A DNA stretch of 61,471 bases, counting the filler, from Diploschistes diacapsis (Eukaryota), in the NCBI GenBank assembly GCA_023645945.1. It is 4 parts of 4 records of this genome, joined end to end, with 100 filler letters (N's around TTAATTAATTAA, not from the genome) between each part and the next. Parts side by side here need not be neighbours in the genome. Positions count along the whole stretch, not along the records: positions 1 to 15,312 come from JALAIB010000557.1; positions 15,413 to 30,711 come from JALAIB010000558.1; 2 more parts are not named here. One strand, written 5' to 3'. Below the pieces are notes generated by a model. The model searched no databases and was not told where the DNA came from. It saw nothing but the letters and a program-made list of their open reading frames with translations. Below, in pieces: positions 13,774 through 26,242 of the stretch; the stretch's first letter is position 1; each line of letters starts with the position of its first letter. Position numbers and translations under genes: made by a program.

Positions 13774-14204
13774 CCAGACAGTCTGGGCATAATCTTTTTA
13801 GATGCTTGGATGTAATGCGTCAAGTAAAGATAGGTAAGCCCAGTGCAACATTGATGGATTTGGACGTCCAACCAAGAAGTAAAATGCCGAAGATTATTAT
13901 AAATGAATTTCAACACTCAGCCTCGAGACCGGACACTTCTATAACCAAGCTTCACCTAGTCACTAATATGACTGCCTCTCCATATCTGTATCTGAACTAT
14001 ACCTTGCACCTGGTAGAAAAACCATGGGTTGTTTTATTGACCGTTGGCGTTAGCGATGCCAAATGACGTATCTAGCCAGGAACATCTTAGGACCTGGCAG
14101 GAATGCGGGACGTGTGCTCGGACAAAGCTACAAGGTATATGCTCAATTTAACAACCGAACTTCATACACAAATTCCTTGAAGTATCCCAACGAACCACGC
14201 AATC

Positions 14205-14738
14205 ATGGCAGAAAACACCCAGCCTAACCCCGTCGACACCACCCCCATCTCCACCCTCGAGCGCCGGGACTCTCTCGAGAAGCACCTCCAGACCCGGCCT
14301 GACCCGCAAGACCTGAAGGACAGACACATTCTGCTCGACACCAGCGCCGCTCCGTAAGCAATCATGGGTTCTTCCTTTACGAATTTGTGTGCTAAGTCCA
14401 CCAAGCTCCCTCCAGGCAGCAGCCCAGGAACTCGAGCGGGCCCGAGCAACGGACAACTTGAAGAAGGGCCTCGAGAAGCGGTCGGATCGCGAGGAGCTTG
14501 TTCAGCGTATGACATCTCCAGTATTCTTTCCGCGGGAACATGCACTAAACGCCATTTGTCTACAGGCAACATTCTCCCCGACAGCACCGCTGCCCCGGCT
14601 CTGCAGGAGAAGCAAAAGTCGCTGGACAAGCACATGCGCATGGACAGCTTAGAGCAAAAGCTTCAGAACAGGCCCAAGCCAGACGACCTGGTCAAGGATG
14701 GGATCTTGAGCTCTAACGAGAGTCCGATCCAGGAATGA
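14205..14738 (+). CDS. Small RPEL-repeat protein (3 repeats, 3 exons)
   Basis: LEKHLQTRPDPQDLKDRHIL / LKKGLEKRSDREELVQRNIL / LEQKLQNRPKPDDLVKDGIL after removing two GT-AG introns. Confidence 0.85.
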
Positions 14739-14966
14739 GGCAGTAATGATACCTGCGGTGAAGCAAGCGGAGACGGCAGGGGCGTTAAGGTGTTTGATTA
14801 GCGGAAGGAAACAGCGATACCAAGGGAGCCCAAGAGCTGGCGCATTTGATTTTCAGGAGCGAAGAACGCACTCGCTCAAGTTGATTCCTCTTCATCATAT
14901 GAACCAGAGCCTCATGGAGCTGTGTGTGCCTCATTACCCCCTCCTAAAGTAGTGTGTCTTGCGCCT

Positions 14967-15312
14967 TCAGTACCCCTCGATAGCCTCGCTGGCACCCTGT
15001 CCCTGCTCCCTACCCTCAGGAACCCACCCCTTCGGCCTCTCCCTGCCGCGCACAATCATCCCATACACGGCATTCTCCACCTTCTCCACACAAGTCTTCA
15101 TAACTTCCATCTTCCCCCCAACACCCCTCTCCATGCTCGACCCCTTGGTATCCAAACCCTCCAATAACCCCCTAAGCTGCCGCATGTCAGAGAGCATATC
15201 CTTCCGCCCGCCACCACCGTTCCTCCCCTCTCCCTGTCTCGCTCCCTTAACATCGACATCAACGTCGACATCCATCCCCTCCCCCTCCACTTCCCCTTCC
15301 TCTCTCCACCTA
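14967..15312 (-). CDS. Translin-associated factor X (TRAX), 3' fragment cut by contig end
   Basis: KMEVMKTCVEKVENAVYGMIVRGRERPKGWVP resembles the fungal TRAX C-terminus. Confidence 0.8.
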
Positions 15313-15412
15313 NNNNNNNNNNNNNNNNNNNNNNNNNNNNNNNNNNNNNNNNNNNNTTAATTAATTAANNNNNNNNNNNNNNNNNNNNNNNNNNNNNNNN
15401 NNNNNNNNNNNN
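15313..15412. other. Artificial contig spacer
   Basis: N44-TTAATTAATTAA-N44 (stops in all six frames). Confidence 0.98.
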
Positions 15413-15413
15413 C

Positions 15414-15545
15414 TTGGAGATTGGGGAGGGGAGGGGCGTAAGGGCCGACGATGGGCAGATGAGCGAGGGGTATGCGGAGGGCGGGTATCGTGGGCCGAGC
15501 AGAAGCGCGGCGCCGGGGCAGCTGGCGCCTTCGAGGAATTTCTGA
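15414..15545 (+). CDS. Possible 3' end of an unidentified gene cut by contig start
   Basis: Open frame LEIGEGRG...PGQLAPSRNF* with the G-rich codon usage of gene ends here; no family recognised. Confidence 0.3.
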   Translation: MEIGEGRGVRADDGQMSEGYAEGGYRGPSRSAAPGQLAPSRNF

Positions 15546-16095
15546 AGCGGAAAAGAGAGAAGGAGTGAGGAAGCGAGCATGGCGTAGGGGATGATGTTAG
15601 AGCTCAAACTCGCATGTTTACAGTTGTTCTGGGTTGTAAGCATAGTCAAGATCGAACGGGTCGCGCGCACACGATGCAGTGGCAGCTCGGCGTTATGGGG
15701 CGTTGGTGCACAATAGGGGCATATAGTGGCACAAGCATGGGGATATGGAATAGCAGTTTCTGTAACAGTAACAAGGATGGTAGGTTTTATTGTACATATT
15801 AACAACGCATAACCCCATTTTGATCATATAAATCTTCCTACCCATGCCGTCGAACAGTCGGTGCAGCTCTAGCAGAGGCGTGTTTCCAAAACTGCACAGA
15901 GGGTATTCTATAAGTAGGCTATATAGAGCGTAGCTACTCCCAATGCAGGTGCAATAGCCTTGACAAATATTTGTCGTCCAAAATACATGCTCTATAAGTA
16001 GCAGTGACGAAGCTCCCTACAGTTGGCCGTCGGTACAAGAAGCGCAACAAGTTTATATCCTCCAAGGCTCCAACCGCCTACCTTCTTACTCCTGC

Positions 16096-19000
16096 TCAAC
16101 TCCGTCCAGGTTGCACGACGCCTGCGCTCCCCCCTGCTGCCTCTCCCGCTTGCAAGTCCGTCTCTCCTTCTTCATCTTCCTCGCCGGCATTCTCGTCTTG
16201 GTCCCCACCTTCCAAAGCCGGCACCGCATTCGCCCTGGGCGCCTGCTTGGACCCGAACAGGCACGTCCACAGATCGTCCTTGCCCACGATCTCGCCTCCC
16301 TCGGACCCCTTCTTGAGCACGCGCGCCAGCGGATTGTCCTGCATCTGCGCCGCATCCACCGCCTCGACTTTGTCTTCCGTGACGCCCGCCTCTCCCTCTG
16401 CGCCCATGCTGGCCTTGTCTTTGCCCTTTCCCCGTCTTTCCTTGCTCTGGTCCGTGCCTATGTGAGCAAGACGCCGTCGCACGCTGAGGTCGTAGATGGC
16501 CTTTTCGACGGTGCCTTCGACAAGGTACATCCACACCGTTGTCGGCCGGTGCTGTCCGATTCTATGCACTCGCGCAATAGCTTGTAATTCGATGGCCGTG
16601 TTGACCAGCGGCTCGCATAACAGAACATGTGTCGCATTCACCAGGTTCAAGCCCGAGGCTTGCGAACCGGCGTGCATAAGCAGACACTCCACGGCGGGAT
16701 CGTGCTTGAAGCGCTCCACGCCACCCTTGTTTCCTACCACGGCGAAGCGGATGGTTAGCTGGCGGAAGGCGTAGGCGAGGTGCGTGGGGCAAAAAGATTG
16801 GTACTGGGAGAAGAGAACTGTTTTTGCGCCTGGTTCGAAATGCCGTAGCCAGAGGATGTGCCGGGCTATAATGTCGATTTTCGTGCTAAACGATTCGGGG
16901 AGGTCGATAGATTTGATCTGATTGAGGTTATGAGTGCTGATCTGGGAGTAAATGGAAGATGGAGTGGATGATGAGTTACGGGTTCCGGATGTGGGGGAGG
17001 AACTGGATGGAGAGCCGCTGTTGGGGTCGTTTTCTTCCTCTTCCATTTGAAGGTCTTGGGGTTTGTAGGTGATTTGGTGAAAATCCTTCTTCTTAAGGAT
17101 TTTCTTGCACGTTGGGCAGCGCGAGCTTTGGCGAAGCCATTGGTTAATGCAGGCTGAGCAGAACGTGTGACCGCAGCTGGTCAGTACGCCTTGCTCGTAT
17201 TTTTCTTCCTGACAGATGATGCAGCGGCGGCGCTCTGATCCTGCTGAAGAAACATTCCTCAGGTGGTCGAGATAGCGGGCTCTTGACTCGAGTCGTTCGA
17301 TTTGCGCCTTTAACTTGCGCTCAGAGCTCTCTAAGAAAGCATAATTTGCTTCGGAGTATTCTTTCTCATGAGTTGCTACTGAATCAGATATGTGCTGGAG
17401 CTGGCGGTAGTACTCGAGTCTTGCATTTTGAGCATCACTAAACGTATTGACATCCTTTTCGACCTCTGCTGCCAACCTCGTCTGTAGCTGGTAATTTTTC
17501 TGCAGTTGTTGGATGGCGATGTCGATTATTCTAATTTCAGTACGAATCCTTGAATTGCCCGTCTCTTCTTGAGTCTTTAAATTTGTCTTTTTTGATCGTA
17601 GTTCTGCGAGTAGCCCGCGCATGGAGCCCAGATGCTTCGGAGGCTTTACCGCGTCACGAGCCTTTAGCATTTCTATCATCAACTTAGGGAAGTGGCCCGA
17701 ATCCGTTCTTGCGCGTGCCATAAGATCGGCAGTCTCGCCTTGGATTAGAGTGTTCACTTGGCCGGTCATGACGTCCTTTCTGTCTGCTACAATGGCTCTG
17801 AAACAATCCATGTACACGTAGACTTCATCTTGTTGTTTCATCGAGATCTCGTACTCATCTCCCTGAACTTCCTGCTCTTCCTGATCCACCAAAGGCTTTG
17901 ATAGGAGGTCAGCTAACGTCGATCTCCATTCATTAAGCTTTTCTGCTTGCTTATTGAGCGCATAACAGAACTCATCAATTCTATCCGGTATACCACGAGT
18001 TTCTATGCCGCCCACTACCTCAAATTCCGGTATCTCGGGAATCTTAACGACTTCCTTCACTCGCGATTTGATAGTGGTCATCAACACTTCGGCTACGTGC
18101 TGAGAATCGTTCAGTAGTTCTCGTCGTAATAGCTTCGCAGCTTCATACGTCTGAGTCTCTGTCCGCTCCAACTCCCTAAAGTCATCCGAGTCAGGTACTG
18201 TTAGTTCTTCGTTGGTCTTGATCTGGAAGTAAGCATTTGCAATGAAGAACGTGGCCATATGTTCAATCTCCAAGGTCAACCGCAGCCTATTTCTCAAGGG
18301 ACCAAGTTTAGCAGTTTTGGCGGCATCGGTGAGCTCTTCAGGTGATTCTGATGCTTTTTCTAGCGAACCTCGGGCGGACCTAACCACCCGCTGAATATTT
18401 GGAAGAGCATCTTGCCAAACGGCCAATGCCTCTGGGCTTCTTTGAGCGTTCTCAAGCAGCTGACCTCTGCGCAAACACAGGATAAGATAGGCACGTTCTT
18501 GATTATGGAGCTCAGCCTCATTTTGCGCAGTCATGACCTCCAAGACTTGTTCGATAGTCCGGAGCGTTCCCTGTTCAAGTTGACCGAGAGCTCTTCTGTT
18601 CCTTTCCCCAATCTGAGGATGAAGACAAATCTGTCTTAGCTGAGTGAGCCATCTACGCATTTTTTCGACAATCTCAGGGTCATTGGGATCCCAATCTTCT
18701 TGGATAGGTCCGCCATCGCTATCCAGCCCCACCTGATTACACATGATCTCGAACATGTTTGAGTAATGTTGTGCTTCGATTTGGGTGAGCGGAACAGTAA
18801 CCACAATGCGCTTTTGCGGCGGAAGCTGTATGTCGTCTTTCACGAGGTTCTTGGTATGCCTCAATACAATTGTACCGCACAGCCTTCTGAATGTTGGTTT
18901 ATGATAATCCAGAAGTCTATTCCAGAGCTTGAGCGACCAGCAATAAGGCCCTAGACGTAGAAACACGAGAAGACCCCACAGATCACCGGAGTCTTTCCTC

Positions 19001-20622
19001 AGCGGTGTCCCGGAGACTGCCCAGGCTAAGACACGCGGGATTTGGTTAGCGACTTTCGCCGCGTTGCTGACGCCGCTCTCAACCATCTGACATTCGTCGA
19101 GAATGCAACGCCACCATTCCACCTGCACGAGAGGAGAGCGTTTTCTTGCGTACACCTTCTGAAATCTGAGAGATCGCTCAGGCGGTGGCTCGGTGAAGTG
19201 AATCTCGCGAGAAATGGTATGGTAGGAAGCAAGAACAATGTCTGATTCCGAGATTCGCTCCACAAGCTCTTCTTCGCTGCGGCCCTTGGGCGCTTTGAAT
19301 CCTCCAGCAACCCCTGGATAAACAAACGTCCTCAAACTTGGCGCATGCATATTGACCTCCGAGTTCCACTGTGCGATGATCGATTCAGGAGCAATGATTA
19401 GCGTAGCGTTTATCTTTCTCGGTGGCTCTTGCTGCTTAGAAGCTCTCTCAGTCTGTTTCATTTTAAACGCCGGCCTCCTGTGCTGAAGAATTACGGCAAG
19501 ACATTGAACAGTCTTCCCAAGGCCCATTTCCTCGGCAAGTATTCCCTAGGAACCATTAAAGAAGCTCATGACCAAATTAGAAGAATAGTGTCTTACACCA
19601 CGGACTTTTGTTACAGGGTTATCTGCAAGAGAGCCATCCCTTGTGACTAGTCCGAGCCACGGATTGACTAAAATTGAATTCTGGTGACGGTTAACCATAG
19701 AGAAGAATCCATGATCGCCATCCTTGAAAGAAGGCGTAGACATCAAACTCTGCCCTTGAAGATCCGCTCCTTCCCTTGTCAACATCCACTCTACGGTTCT
19801 CCTTTGATAAGGGAAGAGTGTGGATTCTAGGCCATCCACTATAAGAAGTTCTGTCGCATTACTTTCCCTCGAAGGGACATGGACACTCTCGTAGAAGTCT
19901 CGTGGAGACCAGGCCTCTGATGCCTCCGGAAACCTATGGTTTAGGATGAAGGCAAGGATGTCGTTCTCGCTGTTCGAAGACGCTTCTTCAAGACTTTGTG
20001 CATTGATCCAAGTAATCTCGAGGCGAAGTCGACATGCGTATCCTGAAAGACTTTGCATAGAGAATTTTGATTTACAAGACTTATGTCTTCCGGGCCTTTG
20101 GTACCTCAGCGCACGCTGCAGGAATTTCAGTGTCTGCGGCGGAATGGTAGCCTTTAAGCATATTGTTCTGGTTACACCACTCTCTGCTAGCAAGTCGCAT
20201 CGATAGTGCTGGGGTCTTGTTTGTACAAATTCCTGGATAATAACCTCGGAGCACTCCACGGCTTCGCTGCTATCAAGCTTTGAAGCTTGCTTCACGTTCT
20301 GGGACGTGTCGAACGACTGGAGTAATCAGTAGCAGATTCAGTGCAAACATTGCTAGACTTACAATATCTATATCTAACAGGTAAAGAGGGACCCTATCAT
20401 CTGCATCAGCCCCACGGACCTCCGAATCACTGCAAGCAGCCTTCAGCTTGCGGCGCTTGGTTGGTGGCAGTGTGCTGCTGGTAGAATCAAGAAGACCCTG
20501 ATTGATTGGGCGCTCTTTAAGTATGAAAGGAAGCGGTGCTAGAAGATGCAGTCAGACAAGCGAGCGGCGTGCAATGTAGGGCACGTACAGTGGCAAAGCG
20601 CGGAAATACTTGGGTGAGACAT
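16096..20622 (-). CDS. IRC20: SNF2-family helicase with RING E3 ligase (Irc20/SHPRH-like)
   Basis: LFPYQRRTVEWM, GILAEEMGLGKT, LDECQMV, SGTP, RING CIICQ...CGHTFCSAC...CPTC, GLNLVNATHV, QAIARVHRIGQ. 5' exons and start are approximate. Confidence 0.9.
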
Positions 20623-21097
20623 AGTCCAGTGTCAATAGTAATGTGCTTCTACTGCGGCTCTACGATGGAAACTGGCAGAGCCTAATTATTGGATCGAACG
20701 CAAAAAGCGATCACGGTCATTTCAGCTGAGAAGTATTGCAGACAAGCAGCAGGAAAGAGGAAACAAAAACCCTAAAGTAAAGTTCGAAGAAGTCGGGCCG
20801 TCGCCAAGAGATTTCAACATCTGATCGGGCCGAGAGTCTCAGACCGAGCTAGATTTCGGTCCGAGTCATCATAGACCAGAAGCCGAGAAGGACGAGCGTA
20901 CAGCTCACACCTTACAGATATCGAAAGGGTGCGGGCTGTACCCCCGCATCTTGGGTCTGAGGGGTACAGGCTCCAGTGCCCACCTAGCTTGAGAGTTGTG
21001 ATATTCCCTTTTTCAGTTTGAGTTCTTGAAGATTTAGCACATTTGCCACTCCTCAAGAAGCTTCGAGAGAGGTACAAACATCCAGAGCGAGCCTATC

Positions 21098-22585
21098 ATG
21101 ACTGAAGTTGAAGTCCCAAAGCAGCACAAGGCCTGCGTTTATGACAATCCTGGTCATGTATCAGTCAAGGTCGAGACGGTAGGGACGCCGGGGTTCGGTG
21201 CTCAGTATTGTGCTGACGACGTGCAGGTTGACACGCCAGAGCCCGGGCCTGGTAAATGATAACTTTCTACAATGCATGACTGTACAGAATGTTGACAAGC
21301 CAACAGGAGAAGTCTTGGTAAACTTGACCCATTCTGGCGTCTGCCATTCAGACCTTGCGGTGATGACCAATGCAGTGAGTACCCCAACCGTGGTGATTCG
21401 AGTCGAACAGAGATTCTGAATGGGCTATTTAGTGGGTTTCGTTGCCACATCCCAGTATGTGTCTATCGCGTCTTCGCGGAGCTCTGGTTCGCGGAAGAAC
21501 CAAGTCACTTGTTGTGGAGTTCTCGGGAGTCTATTGTACTTCACCGGACCATACTAACGAAACCTTTTTTCACAGCACCGAAGAACCAAGTCGGCGGTCA
21601 TGAAGGCGTTGGGACAATCGTCAAACTCGGCTCCGGCGCAGAAGCGTCAGGGCGTAAAGTTGGTGACCGCGTTGGCATCAAATGGGTTTCTCGGTGCTGT
21701 GGTTCCTGCGGTAATTGGCTTCCCCCTTTATTCTCGTAGTCCAAACCTCTGATTCACTTGCAGACTCGTGCATGCGCGGCATGGACGGCGTCTGCCTCGA
21801 CCAAGCCATATCCGGCTACTATACGCCAGGTACATACCAACAATACGTCCTCGGCCCAGCATCCTACGTAACCCCAATCCCCGACTCCCTCGATTCCGCG
21901 GCTGCTGCGCCCTTCCGTAAGCCTCCATCTCCCGCTCTTCCCCCCTCCCACATAAGAAACTGCAACTGACCACCACCCAGTCTGTGCCGGAGTAACCACC
22001 TACGCCGCGCTCAAACGTAGCGGCGCCAGGCCCGGGCAATGGGTCGCCATCCCCGGCGCAGGCGGCGGACTAGGCCATCTGGCCGTACAGATCGCCAGCC
22101 GCGGCATGGGCCTGCGCGTGATCGGCATCGACGTGGGCGACAAGGCGCAATTCGTCGAGGGCCTCGGGGCCGAAGCCTACTTCGACCTCAAGACGCGCTC
22201 GGAAGACGAACTCGTCAAGGCGGTGCAGGAAAAAGCCGACGGGCTGGGCGTGCACGGCGTGGTGGTGTGCTCAGGCGCGATGGCCGCCTACGAGACGAGC
22301 ATGAAGCTCATGCGCCGCGGCGGGGTATTGGTGTGCGTGGGGATGCCGGAGGGCGCGACGCAAGGGTTCTTCGGGGCGTTCCCGACGCTGCTGGCGGGGA
22401 GCATGAAGAGCATTGTTGGGAGCGCGGTGGGGAACCGGGCGGAGGCAGTGGAGGTGTTGCAGATGGCGGCGAGGGGGGTCGTGAAGACGGCATATCGGAC
22501 GGAGCCGATGGAGAAGTTGCAGGGGATTCTGGAGGACATGAGGGATGGGAAGTTGACCGGGCGGGTAGTGTTGGAGTTGAAGTAG
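21098..22585 (+). CDS. Zinc-dependent alcohol dehydrogenase (MDR family), several short exons
   Basis: GVCHSD, GGHEGVG, GDRVGIKW, structural-Zn cysteines, GAGGGLG, GRVVL; micro-exons of about 22-25 nt. Confidence 0.93.
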
Positions 22586-23122
22586 GTCTACGTTTGAAGG
22601 GGATGGCTTGGGATTTTTGGGGAATGGGGGGAACAGATGTGCGAGTTGTGGGTGTATTGTACCGGTAGCTTTCGCTATTGAACTATCTCTGAGGGTGGAG
22701 GACTTCTGCCCGTCTGTAACAGGAATTTGCTGGAACGCGCTACCAAATGCTTTGCCTTTGCGTCTAATATGAGCGCAAGTTACCACGGTAGACTTGTAGT
22801 GGGAGCTCGGCATTAAAGCCTGGGACCAACTACTGAACTCCAGGCAAGCCATGCATGATGAAATTGGATTGTTCATCGTTGCACTACATCCGTAGTAACC
22901 TAAACCTTTCTCAAGACGAACACCGTGCTCCAAGATCGCTCTTACAACGCTCTGTATTTGCTAACCAACTTCGATGGAACCATCTTCGCTAGATCAATGC
23001 TGTGCCTGGAACTCCACCAATGCCGCTGGAGGCTTGGAAGAAGAAGAGCCCTCGGTAGTATACAAGAGAAGTAGGATTAACAATTTCAGGAAAAACGCAC
23101 AAGATGAAGCGCCGTCCTCTAA

Positions 23123-25535
23123 TCAGGTGTCGCAGAAACCGGGTTCTGCAGGCCCTCCCGCGGAGCTTGTCCAGCTCCATACCGTTAGCGCTGTGGTGTA
23201 GCCCATCAATATGAAGCCAAAGGCACAGAGACACACATCCGAGACCCGTTGGAATCTAGTCTTCGCCACGGCTTTCAGATGAAGTAGCGGCTATAGAGGC
23301 GTCAGCTTCTGCAATGTTTTGGAGCAATAGGAAGGCTTGATTACTCACGGGGTAGATGTTGACTAGTGGAACACAGGCAAAGCTGCCCACTAGTGCAACG
23401 AATTTGTCCAGGTCTCCTGCTCCAGCCCAAGCGATGAAGGCACACATCATCACGAGGAGGAATCTGAACACATTCTTTCGCCATTTAATGTAGCGGTTGT
23501 ACTTTCCACTTTTGGTGAATATTTCGTTTTCTAGGATCCTGATCGCTGGAAAGAGTTGCAGCGGTGTCGAAAGAAGAATAGCCAGCGAGTAAAGGAACTG
23601 CACTCCGTTGACGAACCTGTTATCTTGCGGCAGATTGAGGAGCACTACAGTTTTGGTGACGGAGCCAAATGCAGCGTATGACAGAAATCCCATGCTAGTG
23701 AAGATGATAGTGATGATGACCATGACGATGGCTAGGACAGATGGGAAATTTCTCGGATTTTTCATGGATTCCTGTATCGGTACAATGAGCCCTATTCCCT
23801 CGAAGGTGAACACCGCGGTTCCAATGAAAAGGGTCCAGGAGCTCGGATTGAAAGGTACGACATCTGCCATGCCCCGATTTTGCACGAGCGTTGCAATGTC
23901 GAAATAGTAAAGGTAGATAAGTCCTAGCATGATGAACGCATCCGCAATCAATGCCGTGAAGCCTAATTTGCCGATATCTCGAATCAAAGACAGAGGAAGA
24001 AACAAGATCAGCTGCATCAGGACCATGTACTTAATGTCGATCTTGGTCATGCATTGCGAGACGGCCACAATGAAAGCCTGGAGGTTTTCTGCGGTGAAAA
24101 CGATGTAGGCGGAAACAAATCCAACTTGGCTGAGTACGATAGAACTAAGAATGAGGGTGCGCATGACCTTCCCGTAGAGGATGCCTCCGATATCACCAAA
24201 AGAACCATCGACCTTTAAACGTGTGCTGACAAGAAGAATGAAGCAGTAATAACTTAAAGAGGATACTCCAATTAGTACAAAAGTACTGAATAGTAGACCA
24301 CCGTTGAGGAAAGCCCGAGGCAGGAACAGAACACCGGTTCCCACAAATGATTTGAGCAGTAGAAGAGCAGCACCCCACGAGGTTGTCTGGCCTTGTCCGG
24401 AACGTGGCTTTTTGGACCTCTTCTTCCCTCCCGGCGTCCTAGGTCTCAATAGCGCAGTTCGCTCGCCAGGCAGTCCCTCGTCGTCCGCTTCTTCGCCGGA
24501 TCCTACTGTCGAGAAGTAGTCGTCCGACTCGTCGCCGTCGTCGTCGTCATCGTCGTCATCTTCTTCAAGCTCCTCACCAGCAAAATGCCCATATAGAGTT
24601 AAGAATTCGATAAAGTTACTTGTGAAGATCCTCGGCTGCCTTGTCCCATTTCCAGCTCCTGACTCCGTGGCAGCTAACTGACCATACGCCTGGCCGTGTT
24701 GCCCACTGGGTGCAGGACTGCCTTCTGCACGTCGAAGGTAATCCCGACGAAAGCCTCCAGGTGCTTTGATACTGTGTATGTCGAGGACGTCGTTTTCCGG
24801 TTCAGGTCGATTCACAAAAAAGCTTTTGCTCCTCTTGCCTTTTAGTATCCCTTGTGCATCTGCTTCCTCCGCCCACCTATAAATTGGGCGAGTAACGTCT
24901 CCTCCCTGTAGCTGGAGGCTCGAGAAGTCATCAAAATCCGGCACGATGGCTTCTTCAGGTACTGTAGCGGAAGTAGTAAATCCCAGCTTCTTAGAGCCGG
25001 TAATTCCGGATACTGAAGATCCTCTTGCCACAGAGTGCTCACTGCTTGGGGGCTGGACGAGATGTCTCTTGACGATTTCAGGATCTTCATGGGGCCGAGA
25101 TGATGCTTCAGCACCGCGTTCTGGGGATTGCATGCTCAGCGAGTCGTGTCTTCCACCAACCGGAGGAGACAGGATGGGAGCATCTGAAGCAGGAGAGAGA
25201 GGGCGGATTGGAGTTCCAAAGCGAGGTGGACTTTTTCCATAATGGGTCGCAATAGCTGCAGCAAGGGCAGATCTGCCAGGCCCTTGACTAGGACTCCCTG
25301 AAGCTGCACCAGCCAACGGAGTTCCCGTGTCTGGACTCACTTGTGACGGGGTAGGTATTTGTCTGACTGCCGGGGTCCCGTTGCTTATACCTTGAGGGAT
25401 AGATGCTAGTCGAGCAGTTGATTCAGCACGAGAGGCAGATCCGGCAATATCAGACTCATTCTCCGACCTCTGACTCGAGGCGGCGGGAACTGGCCGTGGC
25501 CGCGATGGGGAAGAACCAAGACGTTTGCCGGCCAT
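23123..25535 (-). CDS. AVT3: Vacuolar amino-acid exporter (Avt3/Avt4-like, AAAP family)
   Basis: LQGGDVTR, PGGFRR, FIEFLTLYGHFAGEEL, acidic tract, LLKSFVGTGVLFLP, FTFEGIGL; one intron near the 3' end, stop at 23123. Confidence 0.9.
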
Positions 25536-26242
25536 CTCAAGGAGGGCTAACCGTAGCTTTGGATATGTCAGAACAAGACAGAAAGTCAGAGACTCTAGAT
25601 ATCTATGTTGAGGTGTTGAAAAGTCGGTATCGGGGCTCTGCTTATGTGATTGTCACGAGGACTTTTTGCGTGATAAGGTTTCTATCAACTGATGCGGCAG
25701 CTGCAAAGATAATGGAAAAACGAAACAGACCATGACCCAAAAAAACATGGAAGTGTACTAGGCCTAGGATATACTGCTGCCTCCACCACCAGCTATTACA
25801 ATAATGGAATAGGGACTCTATTTTGAAGCTCGCTTAATGGAGAATCCACGGTTAAACACGGTGCTTTGAAGATGTCGGGCATGACCTCCGGTTTACCGTT
25901 TGCCGGCATCATGAACGTGGGGGTTGAGTTTAACCTTGTAAGGCTGAGTGCACACATATCCGTGTACACACTTGAGCAGGAGATAATGTAGTCTCTACAC
26001 ATAGTCTTTCGGCAAACTCGTTACTTTCAGCTCATTTTGAGCTTGATGGAAGCTCTGTGAGAGTCCCTCATACCTCAGAAATGCTGTTCTCCCCACACGG
26101 CGATGCATTACCTGCATCCACATTCCAACACTCATGGACTGGTGAGTGTTTGGTACAGGCAGGTACTTGAGTTCCTTTGTACTGCTTCATGACTTTACAC
26201 CCAGCTCGCCTTCAATAAATATCCCGGCTCCAAGGAATCGCC

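Noticed and set aside
15357..15368. TTAATTAATTAA as a biological palindrome or piggyBac TTAA site
   Set aside because: Identical inside three 100-bp N spacers; it is an assembly linker.
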